DNA of 63,435 nt from Deltaproteobacteria bacterium (GTDB taxonomy: Bacteria > Desulfobacterota > Dissulfuribacteria > Dissulfuribacterales > QOAL01), in contig JALWYO010000055.1 in assembly GCA_026992735.1 (NCBI GenBank), positions 1 through 63,435 of the forward strand, in the 5' to 3' direction. Both the position numbers and the translations under genes were made by a program. The notes below the pieces were generated by a model. The model did not search any database. It had not been told where the DNA came from and was given only the letters and a program-made list of their open reading frames with translations. This document shows, in pieces, positions 1 through 9,191 of the stretch; the first letter of the stretch is position 1; the number at the start of each line of letters is the position of its first letter.

Positions 1-279
1 GCCGAACTGCAGAATCAGCTAAATGCAATGGTCAATAATCTCGACATAAAGGTCATAGAGCTCACAGAAGCCAATACCAAATATGCTCTGCTTGAAGATC
101 AATGCCGTGTAAAGGACGAGAAGATAACGAAGCTGCTAGATGTTAACAAGGCCCTGCAGGACAGGATAGCTTTCTTCCAGACTCAGGTAAGAACCCTGCA
201 GAACGAGGTCGCCACAAAGGACAAGATACTGATCGACCTGCAAAAAAAGCTGGCAAGCCAAAAGGCCAAAAAGAGCTGA
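1..279 (+). CDS. C-terminal fragment of a coiled-coil protein (5' end lies outside the window)
   Basis: Frame 1 is open from base 1 to the stop at 277-279. The sequence is K/E/Q/L-rich and heptad-like (LQNEVATKDKILIDLQKKL). No family recognised. Confidence 0.4.
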   Translation, partial: AELQNQLNAMVNNLDIKVIELTEANTKYALLEDQCRVKDEKITKLLDVNKALQDRIAFFQTQVRTLQNEVATKDKILIDLQKKLASQKAKKS

Positions 280-363
280 TAAAAACGGCTGTAACCACAA
301 AAAATACATGTCTTTAAAAGGTTATGCCATTGAAGGCTGAACCTTAACAGACTGAAATCGAAA

Positions 364-399
364 GGGGCTGTTGCCTGTGGCGGCAGACCCTTTTTTATT
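364..399 (+). terminator. Rho-independent terminator candidate
   Basis: Imperfect GC-rich hairpin GGGGCTGTTGC / GCGGCAGACCC followed directly by TTTTTTATT, downstream of the coiled-coil ORF. Confidence 0.55.
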
Positions 400-512
400 C
401 AGTTCTATTGTATATTGGCAGATTGTAAAGATAAAATCGCCACAGGACTCTGTAAAAGAGGCATCATGCTTGCTTTAACACAAGGACTGTTAACGAAAAG
501 GAGAACAACCTA

Positions 513-1160
513 ATGAAATTTTTCATAGATACAGCGAACCTTGATGAGATAAAAAAGGCTGCAGATATGGGCATGGTAGATGGAGTAACCACCAATCCAT
601 CCCTTATCGCCAAGGAAAAATGCGACTTTAAGGAAAGGATCGAGGCAATATGTAACCTGATTAGCGGGCCCGTAAGTGCCGAGGTAGTAAGCCTTGAAGC
701 AGAAGGAATGGTGAAGGAAGCTGTATCCATAGCGGGCATAGCCAAAAATATAGTAATCAAGATACCCATGACCACTGAAGGTCTTAAAGCGGCAAAAAAA
801 CTGGCCTCAAAAGGGATACGGACAAATGTGACGCTGGTTTTTTCACCCCTCCAGGCCCTTCTTGCTGCAAAGGCAGGCGCAACATATGTCAGTCCATTTG
901 TCGGAAGACTGGATGACATCTCGCAAGATGGAATGGAACTGATAGCAGATATCGTGCAGATATATGATAATTATGGCTTTGATACGGAAATAATAGTAGC
1001 CAGCATCCGCCATCCGATACATGTACTGGAATCTGCCAGAATAGGCGCAGATATTGCTACCATTCCATACAAGGTTATCTCCCAGCTTGCACACCACCCT
1101 CTGACAGACAAGGGATTGAAGAACTTCCTAAAGGACTGGGAAAAGGTGCCCAAGGCTTGA
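513..1160 (+). CDS. tal: Short-type transaldolase / fructose-6-phosphate aldolase
   Basis: 215 aa. The N-terminus [15 protein letters not shown]...GVTTNPSL is typical of the ~215-aa Tal/Fsa family. AAGGAG lies ~10 nt upstream. Confidence 0.9.
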   Translation: MKFFIDTANLDEIKKAADMGMVDGVTTNPSLIAKEKCDFKERIEAICNLISGPVSAEVVSLEAEGMVKEAVSIAGIAKNIVIKIPMTTEGLKAAKKLASKGIRTNVTLVFSPLQALLAAKAGATYVSPFVGRLDDISQDGMELIADIVQIYDNYGFDTEIIVASIRHPIHVLESARIGADIATIPYKVISQLAHHPLTDKGLKNFLKDWEKVPKA

Positions 1161-1316
1161 AAATGCTGTATTTTCTTTTATCATCTTTATGACGATTTGA
1201 CTAAATATGACTTGACGGGTTATATCTTTATCCAGCAACAGTATATACAGGGACGGTCAATGCGCCAAGATCAAAAGGTTGGGCAAAAGGATATTGACAC
1301 ACGGAGGAGTAATGCC

Positions 1317-1937
1317 ATGAAGCCTGTCTGCAAATATCTTTTTAAAGTAGCCGGACTCGTGGTAATATTGAGCCTGTTTGCGTTCATTTCCGAAGCTAGA
1401 GCCGGCTCAATCTATTCATATGTAGACAAAAACGGGGTATGGCATTTCAGCAACGTACCTACAGATACGCACTTCACAAGGATGGAATTCACGTCAAAAT
1501 CCGCGACACTCTACGGGACGTCAAGACACAAACATCACAACCGCAATGCCATAAAAAAAACCTACCGCTCGGTGGTTAAAAAGGCTGCTAAATCCTATGG
1601 CCTTGATCCAGGGCTGGTTAAAGCAGTAATAGAGGCTGAATCTGGCTGGAATCCATATGCAGTCTCTCCCAAGGGTGCCCTTGGGCTAATGCAGCTTATG
1701 CCTGACACTGCCCAGGAACTGATGGTTTACGATCCTCTCGATCCTGAAGAGAATATATGGGGTGGCAGCCACTATCTCAGCATGTTGCTGGAAATGTTCA
1801 ATGGCGATGTAATCAATGCCCTTGCAGCATACAATGCCGGCCCCGGTGCTGTAACCCGCTATGGAGGACTGCCTCCCTACCGGGAAACAGTAAACTATGT
1901 ACAAAGGGTCCTGAAATTCTGGAAACGGAGCAACTAA
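1317..1937 (+). CDS. Secreted lytic transglycosylase (SLT domain)
   Basis: SLT motif AESGWNPYAVSPKGALGLMQLMPDTA...AYNAGPG. I chose ATG 1317 (signal peptide MKPVCKYLFKVAGLVVILSLFAFISEARA, GGAGGAG 8 nt upstream) rather than the TTG at 1197 in the ORF track. Confidence 0.85.
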   Translation: MKPVCKYLFKVAGLVVILSLFAFISEARAGSIYSYVDKNGVWHFSNVPTDTHFTRMEFTSKSATLYGTSRHKHHNRNAIKKTYRSVVKKAAKSYGLDPGLVKAVIEAESGWNPYAVSPKGALGLMQLMPDTAQELMVYDPLDPEENIWGGSHYLSMLLEMFNGDVINALAAYNAGPGAVTRYGGLPPYRETVNYVQRVLKFWKRSN

Positions 1938-1954
1938 GGATAGCCGTTTATCAT

Positions 1955-2004
1955 TAATAAATAAAAAAGAGACAGGGGGCCGCATTAAATAGGCCCCGCC
2001 TGTC
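1955..2004 (-). terminator. Rho-independent terminator of the FmdB-like gene (possibly bidirectional)
   Basis: Hairpin GACAGGGGGCC ... GGCCCCGCCTGTC. On the minus strand it is followed by TCTCTTTTTTATTTATT. It sits between convergent genes. Confidence 0.6.
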
Positions 2005-2260
2005 AGTCGCGTGAATGACCTGGCAGGTTAAGGTATGTACAACTTCCTGACTCGCACTGACGCGTCTCCACAGAAGGCCTGTTTAGATCCGCCAGCGGGG
2101 CCTTACCACCACCTGTGGCAATATTTGCAGCACTCATCAGCTTACCAACATCAGGGCTCTGACATCTTGGACATCTTGCATTGTCCATCTCTTCCTTTGT
2201 CATCATCAGCAGTTCAAATACATAATTACAACTCTTACACTGGAACTCATATATTGGCAT
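2003..2260 (-). CDS. FmdB-family zinc-ribbon protein
   Basis: MPIYEFQCKSCNYVFE...CPRCQS is the classic FmdB/CxxC...CxxC N-terminus. GGAGGA lies 5-10 nt upstream of ATG 2260. The longer track ORF (to 2593) overlaps the upstream gene and was trimmed. Confidence 0.85.
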   Translation of the reverse strand: MPIYEFQCKSCNYVFELLMMTKEEMDNARCPRCQSPDVGKLMSAANIATGGGKAPLADLNRPSVETRQCESGSCTYLNLPGHSRD

Positions 2261-2357
2261 AATATCCTCCTGGTCTTTCCTGGAATTAAAAGAACCCGGC
2301 AGGTGCCTACAGCTATCCGTTAGACTGACTGCAGCATGCACCTCTTTCTTTTCACAG

Positions 2358-2404
2358 TTTACAAAACAAAAGGAAGGAGGTTGGTCAAGCCCCCCTCCTT
2401 CCTT
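2358..2404 (-). terminator. Strong rho-independent (bidirectional-type) terminator
   Basis: Perfect 11-bp stem AAGGAAGGAGG / CCTCCTTCCTT, flanked by an A-run on one side and a T-run on the other, immediately after the stop of the 2433-4082 gene. Confidence 0.75.
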
Positions 2405-2432
2405 TTTATTTTCAGATCTTACTATAGTTTGC

Positions 2433-4082
2433 TTAAAAATACACCTCGAAAGTTGCGTAAAAGTTATCCATCTGGTTGACAGGCGCAAAAAACTGTGCCT
2501 TTGAAGGATCATTACCAACATCATCCGGATCCCATGGCTTACCCATCCAGTTGCCACTTCCAGTGTAGTTAATCCAATAGTACTGGTATCCAAACCTCAT
2601 GAAGGCCTTGGCGTACTTGGAAAGAGGTGTCTCAGGCAAAGTCCAAATCCAGTATGCCTCTGCAACATGACCCCTGGTTGCCAGCTTGCTCAGGTAAAGA
2701 TCATCGGCGGCAGGTGTAAAGTTCAGCCAGTAGCGTGAACCAAAGTTATACTCAAATCCGAACTTGCTCCTGAGCTGCTCGATAGGAATTCTGGCACCTG
2801 CATAGGCTGCCCAACCCCAGTGATTCTGCTTGGTTGTATCTGTGGGATCTGTCAGCAGGCCGTATCCCATGGCATTCCTGCCCCTGTCATCAGTGCGGAC
2901 AAGACCGCCGCTGACAAACCAGTCTATTCCCTGGAATTGATCCATATAAACAAAGCTTGCATGGTAGATGTCGCCAAGGTCAGAGGTGGCATCAACCCTG
3001 TTGGGCGTTCCTGTAGTCATGCCAGCAAAGGGCATGGTGTTATTGGAGATGCTGATACCTTCCATCATGTCAGGGATATCAGCTGCCCTGAAAAACTGCA
3101 GGTTTGCAAAGCGATGGGCCTCTGTATCGTTTATGATATCCCAGCTGAATCCGTAAAGATCCGTGTCATCCAGCGCTCCCGTAGGATTATCGTTGGTATC
3201 CATACCGGCTTCATATCCACGGCCATAGCAGATGCGGATCTTGCCAGGCCAGGGGTTCGTGTACATGTAGCCAAGGGTGGCGCCGTCAAAGGTCCAGTCA
3301 ACGCCAAGGGCCACAGGAGTTGCATAGCGACCGTCGTAGTTGTACCTGATCTGTGCCGGAGGACCGTCAACAGTCGGACGCCTACCAACAGAAACCCAGA
3401 TAGGAAGATCAAGGATGTTTACCCAGTTAACATAGGCCATCTCCACCCTGAGGGTGTTGTCATTTGGACGGCGGCTGATGTTGGGATCCATCATGAAACC
3501 GTTCATGCCGAATGGATAGGCCGTCTTTCCAGCGCTTTCCATGCCCCATATCTTGTACATGGTTAAACGGCCCTTGAACGTGATGTTTTCTGTGGCCTTC
3601 ACCTTCATGCCAAGACGCAACCTGTTGGTATAAAGGGTATCATTACGGAAACTATCGGCCTCTTCCGGGCCTGGCATTGGGCCTACCATGCCGCCCTGCA
3701 TCCACTGGCCAAGCTTGATGGCATCATAATACTGCCTTGAATGGGCCCTTGTGGAATCCAGGCGAAAACGGTAGTCACCAAAGAACTGGAACCTGCCAAC
3801 ACCATTGGTCATCATGTCAGTAAACTGGTCGTTGAGGTCTTCCAGGTCATCCTGAGTGTCTTCCTGCTGTGACTTCAGAGACTCAAGCTGCTCCTCCAGG
3901 GCTGCATTTGTCCCCTGTGACTTCACCTGATGCAGCTCTTTTTTTACCTCTGCAAGTTCCCTGCTCAACTTTTCTATCTTTTTCAAAAGTTGATCAGTGC
4001 TTGGAGAGGCATAGCCCCCTGCAAAAACTGCTGCAGGGAAGACCAGGCCAATAAACAATAAAACTCCGATTAATTTTCTCAT
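2433..4082 (-). CDS. Outer-membrane beta-barrel-like protein with N-terminal coiled coil (resembles DUF3373; from memory, unverified)
   Basis: Signal peptide MRKLIGVLLFIGLVFPAAVFA, then a coiled coil (LAEVKKELHQVKSQ...), then an aromatic/Gly-rich body ending in ...YATFEVYF (OMP-like C-terminal Phe). ATG 4082 is preceded by GGAGGGA. Confidence 0.7.
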   Translation of the reverse strand: MRKLIGVLLFIGLVFPAAVFAGGYASPSTDQLLKKIEKLSRELAEVKKELHQVKSQGTNAALEEQLESLKSQQEDTQDDLEDLNDQFTDMMTNGVGRFQFFGDYRFRLDSTRAHSRQYYDAIKLGQWMQGGMVGPMPGPEEADSFRNDTLYTNRLRLGMKVKATENITFKGRLTMYKIWGMESAGKTAYPFGMNGFMMDPNISRRPNDNTLRVEMAYVNWVNILDLPIWVSVGRRPTVDGPPAQIRYNYDGRYATPVALGVDWTFDGATLGYMYTNPWPGKIRICYGRGYEAGMDTNDNPTGALDDTDLYGFSWDIINDTEAHRFANLQFFRAADIPDMMEGISISNNTMPFAGMTTGTPNRVDATSDLGDIYHASFVYMDQFQGIDWFVSGGLVRTDDRGRNAMGYGLLTDPTDTTKQNHWGWAAYAGARIPIEQLRSKFGFEYNFGSRYWLNFTPAADDLYLSKLATRGHVAEAYWIWTLPETPLSKYAKAFMRFGYQYYWINYTGSGNWMGKPWDPDDVGNDPSKAQFFAPVNQMDNFYATFEVYF

Positions 4083-4256
4083 GGCAATTCCCTCCAATTT
4101 TTTGTACTCCCTACTAAAAATCAAAAACCAAGGAAAAAACATCGACAGCTTGTTCAATAAATCATAAAGCCTCTGTTGTCAAGCAATCATCGAGATTAAA
4201 GTAGTAACGCAATTTTAATGCCCAAAATAATATATAACCAAAGATCAGGAGAAAAT

Positions 4257-4925
4257 ATGAAATCAACAGATCAAACCAACAGGGAATCCATGAATAAGAC
4301 AAAGGCAAAACTCAGGGACCAGATTATCTATTTTGGAAAACTCCTGTATGAAAAAGGGCTAGTGGCGGGTACTGATGGAAACCTGAGCGCAAAAACCAAC
4401 ACCGGCACAATTCTGATAACTGCATCTGGAGTACACAAGGGTCTGCTGAACAAAAAACAGATCATAGAACTGGATATCAATGGAAACAGAATTTCCGGAG
4501 AACTTCCAGCATCTTCCGAAACCAAGCTGCACATGGAAATCTATCGCAAGGTCCCATCATGCAGTGCAGTGATCCACGCACATGCTCCCTGGAGCACTGC
4601 GGCAAGCCTCAATAACGATTTTATTGACCTGAATTTACTGGCAGAGGGCAAGCTGTTATTTGGCAGAATAGAGGTGGTGCCCTATCAGGATCCGGGCAGC
4701 ATGGAACTGGCTGAACTATCTTCAGAGGCGGCAACCAGATCCAGGATCCATATACTGAAGGCACATGGCGTAGTAGCCCTGGGACAGGACCTCCTGCAGG
4801 CATTCTGCACAGTAGAGGCGCTTGAGCAGAACATACGCATACTCGGCATCAGCCGCACGCACTTCCCTGGAACCCTGCAGAGTCAGGCTGGAGAAAGCAG
4901 CCCTGAGCTGCCTGACATATTATAG
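4257..4925 (+). CDS. Class II aldolase/adducin-family protein (MtnB/FucA-like)
   Basis: GTDGNLSAK, SSETKLHMEIY and AVIHAHAP motifs. Start taken at ATG 4257 (AGGAGA upstream); ATG 4218 is also possible. Confidence 0.8.
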   Translation: MKSTDQTNRESMNKTKAKLRDQIIYFGKLLYEKGLVAGTDGNLSAKTNTGTILITASGVHKGLLNKKQIIELDINGNRISGELPASSETKLHMEIYRKVPSCSAVIHAHAPWSTAASLNNDFIDLNLLAEGKLLFGRIEVVPYQDPGSMELAELSSEAATRSRIHILKAHGVVALGQDLLQAFCTVEALEQNIRILGISRTHFPGTLQSQAGESSPELPDIL

Positions 4926-5767
4926 ATGCTTCCCAGCATCAACGGCATGTTCTCACTGCCGTGCCCTGCAGGCAGATCAGCTATAACAGGAAAATTGAAA
5001 CCGGAAACCCTGTCTTCAAATAGCTCCCTTAGTCCTCCAGGCCCTGTCTGGTTACAGTGGGTGAATCTTCCCAGGACCATTCCACCTATCATGTCAAATA
5101 CACCGGCAAGCCTCATCTGTGTCAGCATCCGGTCTATCTTGTAAGCAGGCTCATTACAGTCCTCAATGAACAGTATTTTATTTTTCCAGTCCGGCTCAAA
5201 AGGCGTACCAATAAGATGGCACAGGCAAGCCAGGTTTCCGCCTGTCAAAACCCCCTTGAACTGCCCCTCTTTGACAGGAACACCTGTAAATTCTGGAAAC
5301 TCACCCGAACACAGGGCTTGCCACAAGGCCTGCCTGCTGCGCTCAGCAGTAACAGGCAGAGTATTAAGCATGGGACCATGAACACAGGTACCGCCTGCAT
5401 TTATGATAGCGGAAAAAAGCACTGTTACATCACTAAAACCCACTAATTTGCAGGAAGCGGCAGCCACAGAACGCCAATCTACAAGGTGCACCCAGCGCAT
5501 TGCCCCGTAACCGCCACGTGTGCAAAGCACAAAGTCACAATCGGGATCTTGCATGAGGTGTTCAAATATGGCCGTCTTCTCATCATCCAGTCCACTCAAA
5601 TACGGGAAGAGTGGATTTGCGTTCCCTGCACTAAGACTGCCAGACCTTTCTGCCACTATCTTCACGCCTGGACATATTTTGGAAAGCTCTCTGACCATCA
5701 TTGCCAAAGATGCTTCAATGTCTGTTTCAATGCACGGTGAAGATGGTGAAAAAAAAGCTATTTTCAT
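4883..5767 (-). CDS. ldcA: LD-carboxypeptidase (peptidase S66, LdcA/MccF-like)
   Basis: RGGYGAMR and GFSDVTVL (nucleophile Ser) motifs, plus a C-terminal GHG. 294 aa is the typical length. Confidence 0.8.
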   Translation of the reverse strand: MKIAFFSPSSPCIETDIEASLAMMVRELSKICPGVKIVAERSGSLSAGNANPLFPYLSGLDDEKTAIFEHLMQDPDCDFVLCTRGGYGAMRWVHLVDWRSVAAASCKLVGFSDVTVLFSAIINAGGTCVHGPMLNTLPVTAERSRQALWQALCSGEFPEFTGVPVKEGQFKGVLTGGNLACLCHLIGTPFEPDWKNKILFIEDCNEPAYKIDRMLTQMRLAGVFDMIGGMVLGRFTHCNQTGPGGLRELFEDRVSGFNFPVIADLPAGHGSENMPLMLGSIYNMSGSSGLLSPA

Positions 5768-5832
5768 GTTACAGTCGAATCCTTGACTTTATAACAGCAG
5801 GGCTTAAAGTTTAACTGGATTTTCTTTGTACT

Positions 5833-6085
5833 TAAATCCTGCAATTGCCGAGTTTGCCGAAGATGCAAGGCGGAAGGGACGCAGACGTATTCTGATACTT
5901 CAAATCCCTGACAACGTAGCAGATTCGGTAAACTCGGCAATCCCGAAGGGTGGCGAATGCGAGGGAAAAATATCTGATGGTGAATTCACCTAAAAACTGA
6001 AACTTGCCCCTCAAGTATTCAACAAGCACTTTGCTGATATAATTAATAAATTTCATTTTTCCTCGCATTCGACATGCAGGATTTA
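5833..6085 (+). repeat. Nested inverted-repeat element (three-way architecture) that contains copy A of a conserved hairpin core
   Basis: An 11-bp perfect outer stem (5833-5843 / 6075-6085) encloses two helices: a 23-bp stem (5844-5866 / 5919-5941) and an 11-bp perfect stem (5954-5964 / 6061-6071). Confidence 0.6.
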
Positions 6086-6261
6086 GGTTGTATAAAAGCA
6101 GCAGATTATTAAGGGTGTGGGTATTTATCAGGTAAATATTAGTTAATGTGCCGTAGTTTTACCTGTTTCATACCCATACTGCTGGCTATGTCCAGCTTGT
6201 GCTACAAACTGCTGGGCATTGCAAAATCCTCAACAAAAATCAGGACAAAGGGTTAAAAAAT

Positions 6262-7227
6262 ATGAACCAGCAAAAGGATTACTACAAAATACTCGGCGTT
6301 TCAAAAAATGCATCGCCGGATGAAATAAAAAAGGCGTTCAGGAAACTGGCACTTAAATACCACCCTGATAAGAACAAGGGCAACAAGGAAGCTGAAGAGC
6401 GCTTCAAGGAAATCAATGAGGCATATGCAGTGCTCAGTGATCCTGAGAAACGGAAACAATACGACACATTTGGCTCTTCGGAATTCCATAAACATTATTC
6501 CCAGGAAGACATTTTCAGAGATTTTGACTTTTCCACGATATTTCAGGACCTGGGAATGGGTGGCGATGGATTCACTCGCATCATATTCGGCGGTGGAGGA
6601 GGCAGGGGCTTTGAAGACCTGTTTACAGGAGGGGCCCATCATACTGGACAAGGAAGCCGGAGATATCAGCAGAGTGCCGGCGGCCCATTCATGTATCAGC
6701 AGCAACAGCCCAAGGGCCAGGATGTGATACTTGATCTGTATGTAACACCGGCAGAAGTAATAAACGGTGACAAAAAGATTATATCCCTGCAGACCGGCGG
6801 ATACCCCGAGAAGATCTCTGTAACCATACCCAAGGGTATTGCCCAGGGTAAAAAGATCAGGGTTCCGGGTAAGGGCACCAGCGGTCCTGGAGGAAGAGGA
6901 GACCTTTATCTCAGGATAAACATCTCTCTGCCTCCTGGATTTTATTTTGACAAGGATGGCAACATAATACATGACCGCTTTATTACCTTTTCCCAGGCCT
7001 GTCTCGGTACCAGCGTGGAAATATCAGGCCTTGATGGCAATAGCCTGAAACTCAAGATCCCCGCTGGCATAAAATGCGGCCAGAAAATGAGATTAAAAGG
7101 CAAAGGGCTCCCTGGGCCAAGAGGCGGAAAACATGATCTCTTTGTAAAGGTAATGGTACATGTGCCCAAAAAGCTCTCCAAAGAGCAAAAGAAGGTGGTT
7201 GAAGAACTGAAAAAGCTGGGCTTATAA
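6262..7227 (+). CDS. cbpA: DnaJ-class co-chaperone without zinc finger (CbpA type)
   Basis: J domain DYYKILGV...KYHPDKN, a G-rich linker and a DnaJ C-terminal domain, with no CxxCxGxG repeats. ATG 6262 gives the canonical N-terminus [13 protein letters not shown]. Confidence 0.85.
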   Translation: MNQQKDYYKILGVSKNASPDEIKKAFRKLALKYHPDKNKGNKEAEERFKEINEAYAVLSDPEKRKQYDTFGSSEFHKHYSQEDIFRDFDFSTIFQDLGMGGDGFTRIIFGGGGGRGFEDLFTGGAHHTGQGSRRYQQSAGGPFMYQQQQPKGQDVILDLYVTPAEVINGDKKIISLQTGGYPEKISVTIPKGIAQGKKIRVPGKGTSGPGGRGDLYLRINISLPPGFYFDKDGNIIHDRFITFSQACLGTSVEISGLDGNSLKLKIPAGIKCGQKMRLKGKGLPGPRGGKHDLFVKVMVHVPKKLSKEQKKVVEELKKLGL

Positions 7228-7430
7228 ACAACTTATATCTACCAGAAATCAGGCGGGTATCATCACGGATCATAGAGCCTGTTACGTAGAGCAGATTACA
7301 CAGCGTACCGTGTTCTTTTTAAGACTGGCGAGATAACTTGCTGATTTCTATTCAAAATCAAAAACAGCACGGGCTTGACAGCCGCCTCTTAAATATGTTA
7401 TCAGTAGCGTCTGTCCATACAAATTGGCTG

Positions 7431-7506
7431 GCCCCCGTAGCTCAGGGGATAGAGCACAGGATTCCTAATCCTGGTGTCGCATGTTCGAATCATGCCGGGG
7501 GCACCA
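7431..7506 (+). tRNA. tRNA-Arg (anticodon CCT), CCA encoded
   Basis: Cloverleaf folded by hand: acceptor GCCCCCG/CGGGGGC, D arm GCTC..GAGC, anticodon stem CAGGA/TCCTG with loop TTCCTAA, T arm GCATG TTCGAAT CATGC, then discriminator A plus CCA. Confidence 0.9.
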
Positions 7507-7542
7507 GTTATTCAATCAGTCCCGATATCCCATTTTTGCATC

Positions 7543-8739
7543 TTAATAATGCTTCTTCATGAAGTCTTCGAGCCTGTCATAGGCCTCGTTCAGGACTGAC
7601 TCATCAGGCAGGAAAACGAGCCTGAAATGAGGTGTCTCAGGCAGGCTGCCAAAACCGCTTCCATGCACTACCACCACCCCTGTATCGCGTATCAGCTTTT
7701 TTACAAATTCCTGATCATCCACCGGCCTGTCTATCCTTGGAAATGCGTAGAAGGCACCCTCAGGCTCCTGGCAGAATATCCCGGGAATGGCATTAAGCCT
7801 GCTGACTGTCAAATCCCTGCGGCTCCTCAACTTGTCTTTGGTCTCTTTAATATGAGACTGGTTCCCGTTCAGGGCCACGGGTATGGCAAACTGCTTGGGA
7901 TGGCTGGCACAGAGCCTTGCCCTCGCAAGCTTTCTCATAGCCTCGGTATAGTCTTCCACCAATTCCGGAGCGCCACTAATGATTGACCAGCCTATGCGGA
8001 AACCCGGAGCAAGATAGCTCTTTGAAAGGCCATTGAAGGTTATAATCGGGGTCTCCTTGTCCAGAGAGGCAATGCTTATATGCTCCTTGCCATTCAAGAT
8101 GAGTTTTTCATATATCTCATCACTCATTATGAGCAGGTTATACTTCCTGGCCAGATCTATAACCTTCTGAAGCATCTCTCTGCTGTACACAGCTCCAGTG
8201 GGATTATTGGGATTTATCAGCACAATGGCCCTGGTCTGATCATCTATCTGGGACTCCATGTGGCTGATATCAGGCTGCCAGTTATTTTCCTCATCCAGGA
8301 GATACGGCCTTGCCTCGCCAATGAGCCTGCTCAGGAGTGCGCTATAAAGAGGATAGCCTGGCGATGGCACCAGTACATTTTCACCCTTGTTCACCAGGGC
8401 TGACAGTGCGAAATCGATGGCCTCGCTGGCACCAGTGGTTACCAGGACCTCGTAAGGATTAATCCCCTTGGATTCGGCCTCCCGCCTTATGGCGTCTACC
8501 GCCTCTGGAACTCCCTCTGATGCACTGTAATTGGTGTAATCATTAAGCATAGCCTCATAGGCAGCATCCATGAGGTGCCTTGGGGTGTGAAAGCCATAGA
8601 GAACCGGGTCTCCTATATTCAAATATATAAGATCTCCGCCTCCGGCCTTCCGCCTCTCGGCTTCCTGGAGAATGTCTCTGATTGCATACTCGATATGCTC
8701 TGTCCTGCGGGACGGAGATATCTTTTTAAGTTCGGTCAT
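7543..8739 (-). CDS. Class I/II PLP-dependent aminotransferase (alanine/aspartate aminotransferase-like)
   Basis: LINPNNPTG and FNGLSKSY (PLP lysine) motifs. 398 aa. Confidence 0.85.
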   Translation of the reverse strand: MTELKKISPSRRTEHIEYAIRDILQEAERRKAGGGDLIYLNIGDPVLYGFHTPRHLMDAAYEAMLNDYTNYSASEGVPEAVDAIRREAESKGINPYEVLVTTGASEAIDFALSALVNKGENVLVPSPGYPLYSALLSRLIGEARPYLLDEENNWQPDISHMESQIDDQTRAIVLINPNNPTGAVYSREMLQKVIDLARKYNLLIMSDEIYEKLILNGKEHISIASLDKETPIITFNGLSKSYLAPGFRIGWSIISGAPELVEDYTEAMRKLARARLCASHPKQFAIPVALNGNQSHIKETKDKLRSRRDLTVSRLNAIPGIFCQEPEGAFYAFPRIDRPVDDQEFVKKLIRDTGVVVVHGSGFGSLPETPHFRLVFLPDESVLNEAYDRLEDFMKKHY

Positions 8740-9191
8740 TTATATTGATTCCTTAAAATAAGAAGTAAGTTCTGCCATGTAATGTTTTCACCCAATTAAA
8801 GGAGATGTCAACTGATTTTTTTAACTGCCGCAAGAGGTGGGGCACAGCTGCCTTCCCGGACCTCTAAAATAAAAAATGCACTTAATCACTGAAACCACTT
8901 CTCTGAAAATCAATGCATCACAGAGCCAGCAGGAGTAAAATGGAATATATGTGTTCACAAGGCAGGACATGGCATCTGCTGTGCTGCAGGACGTACGACA
9001 CACAGGGAGTATGCCTTTATCCCGGATTGAACTTCAGCTTTTGGGTGAAGGCGCAACGGGAACAGATACATGCTAACTATACAATAATTCAAAAAAATTA
9101 CTTTCCTCAGGCATTTGAAGTGCGTAATCCAGATTTATGCCTTATGTCTTTTACATGCAACCATCTGACAAAATTGGAGCACATCTTATAA

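Noticed and set aside
5832-6068. 78-aa minus-strand ORF as a standard protein-coding gene.
   Set aside because: Its limits coincide with the nested inverted-repeat element, half of it reads through the conserved hairpin, and I recognise no family. It is kept only as an alternative explanation within the finding and is not called as a CDS.
8966-9015. Possible third, inverted and degenerate copy of the hairpin core (shares CATCTGCTGTG and ACAGGGAGTA at the same 18-nt spacing as the reverse complement of copy B).
   Set aside because: Identity outside those two blocks is near random, and no enclosing long stem is present. This is too weak to call without a statistical search.
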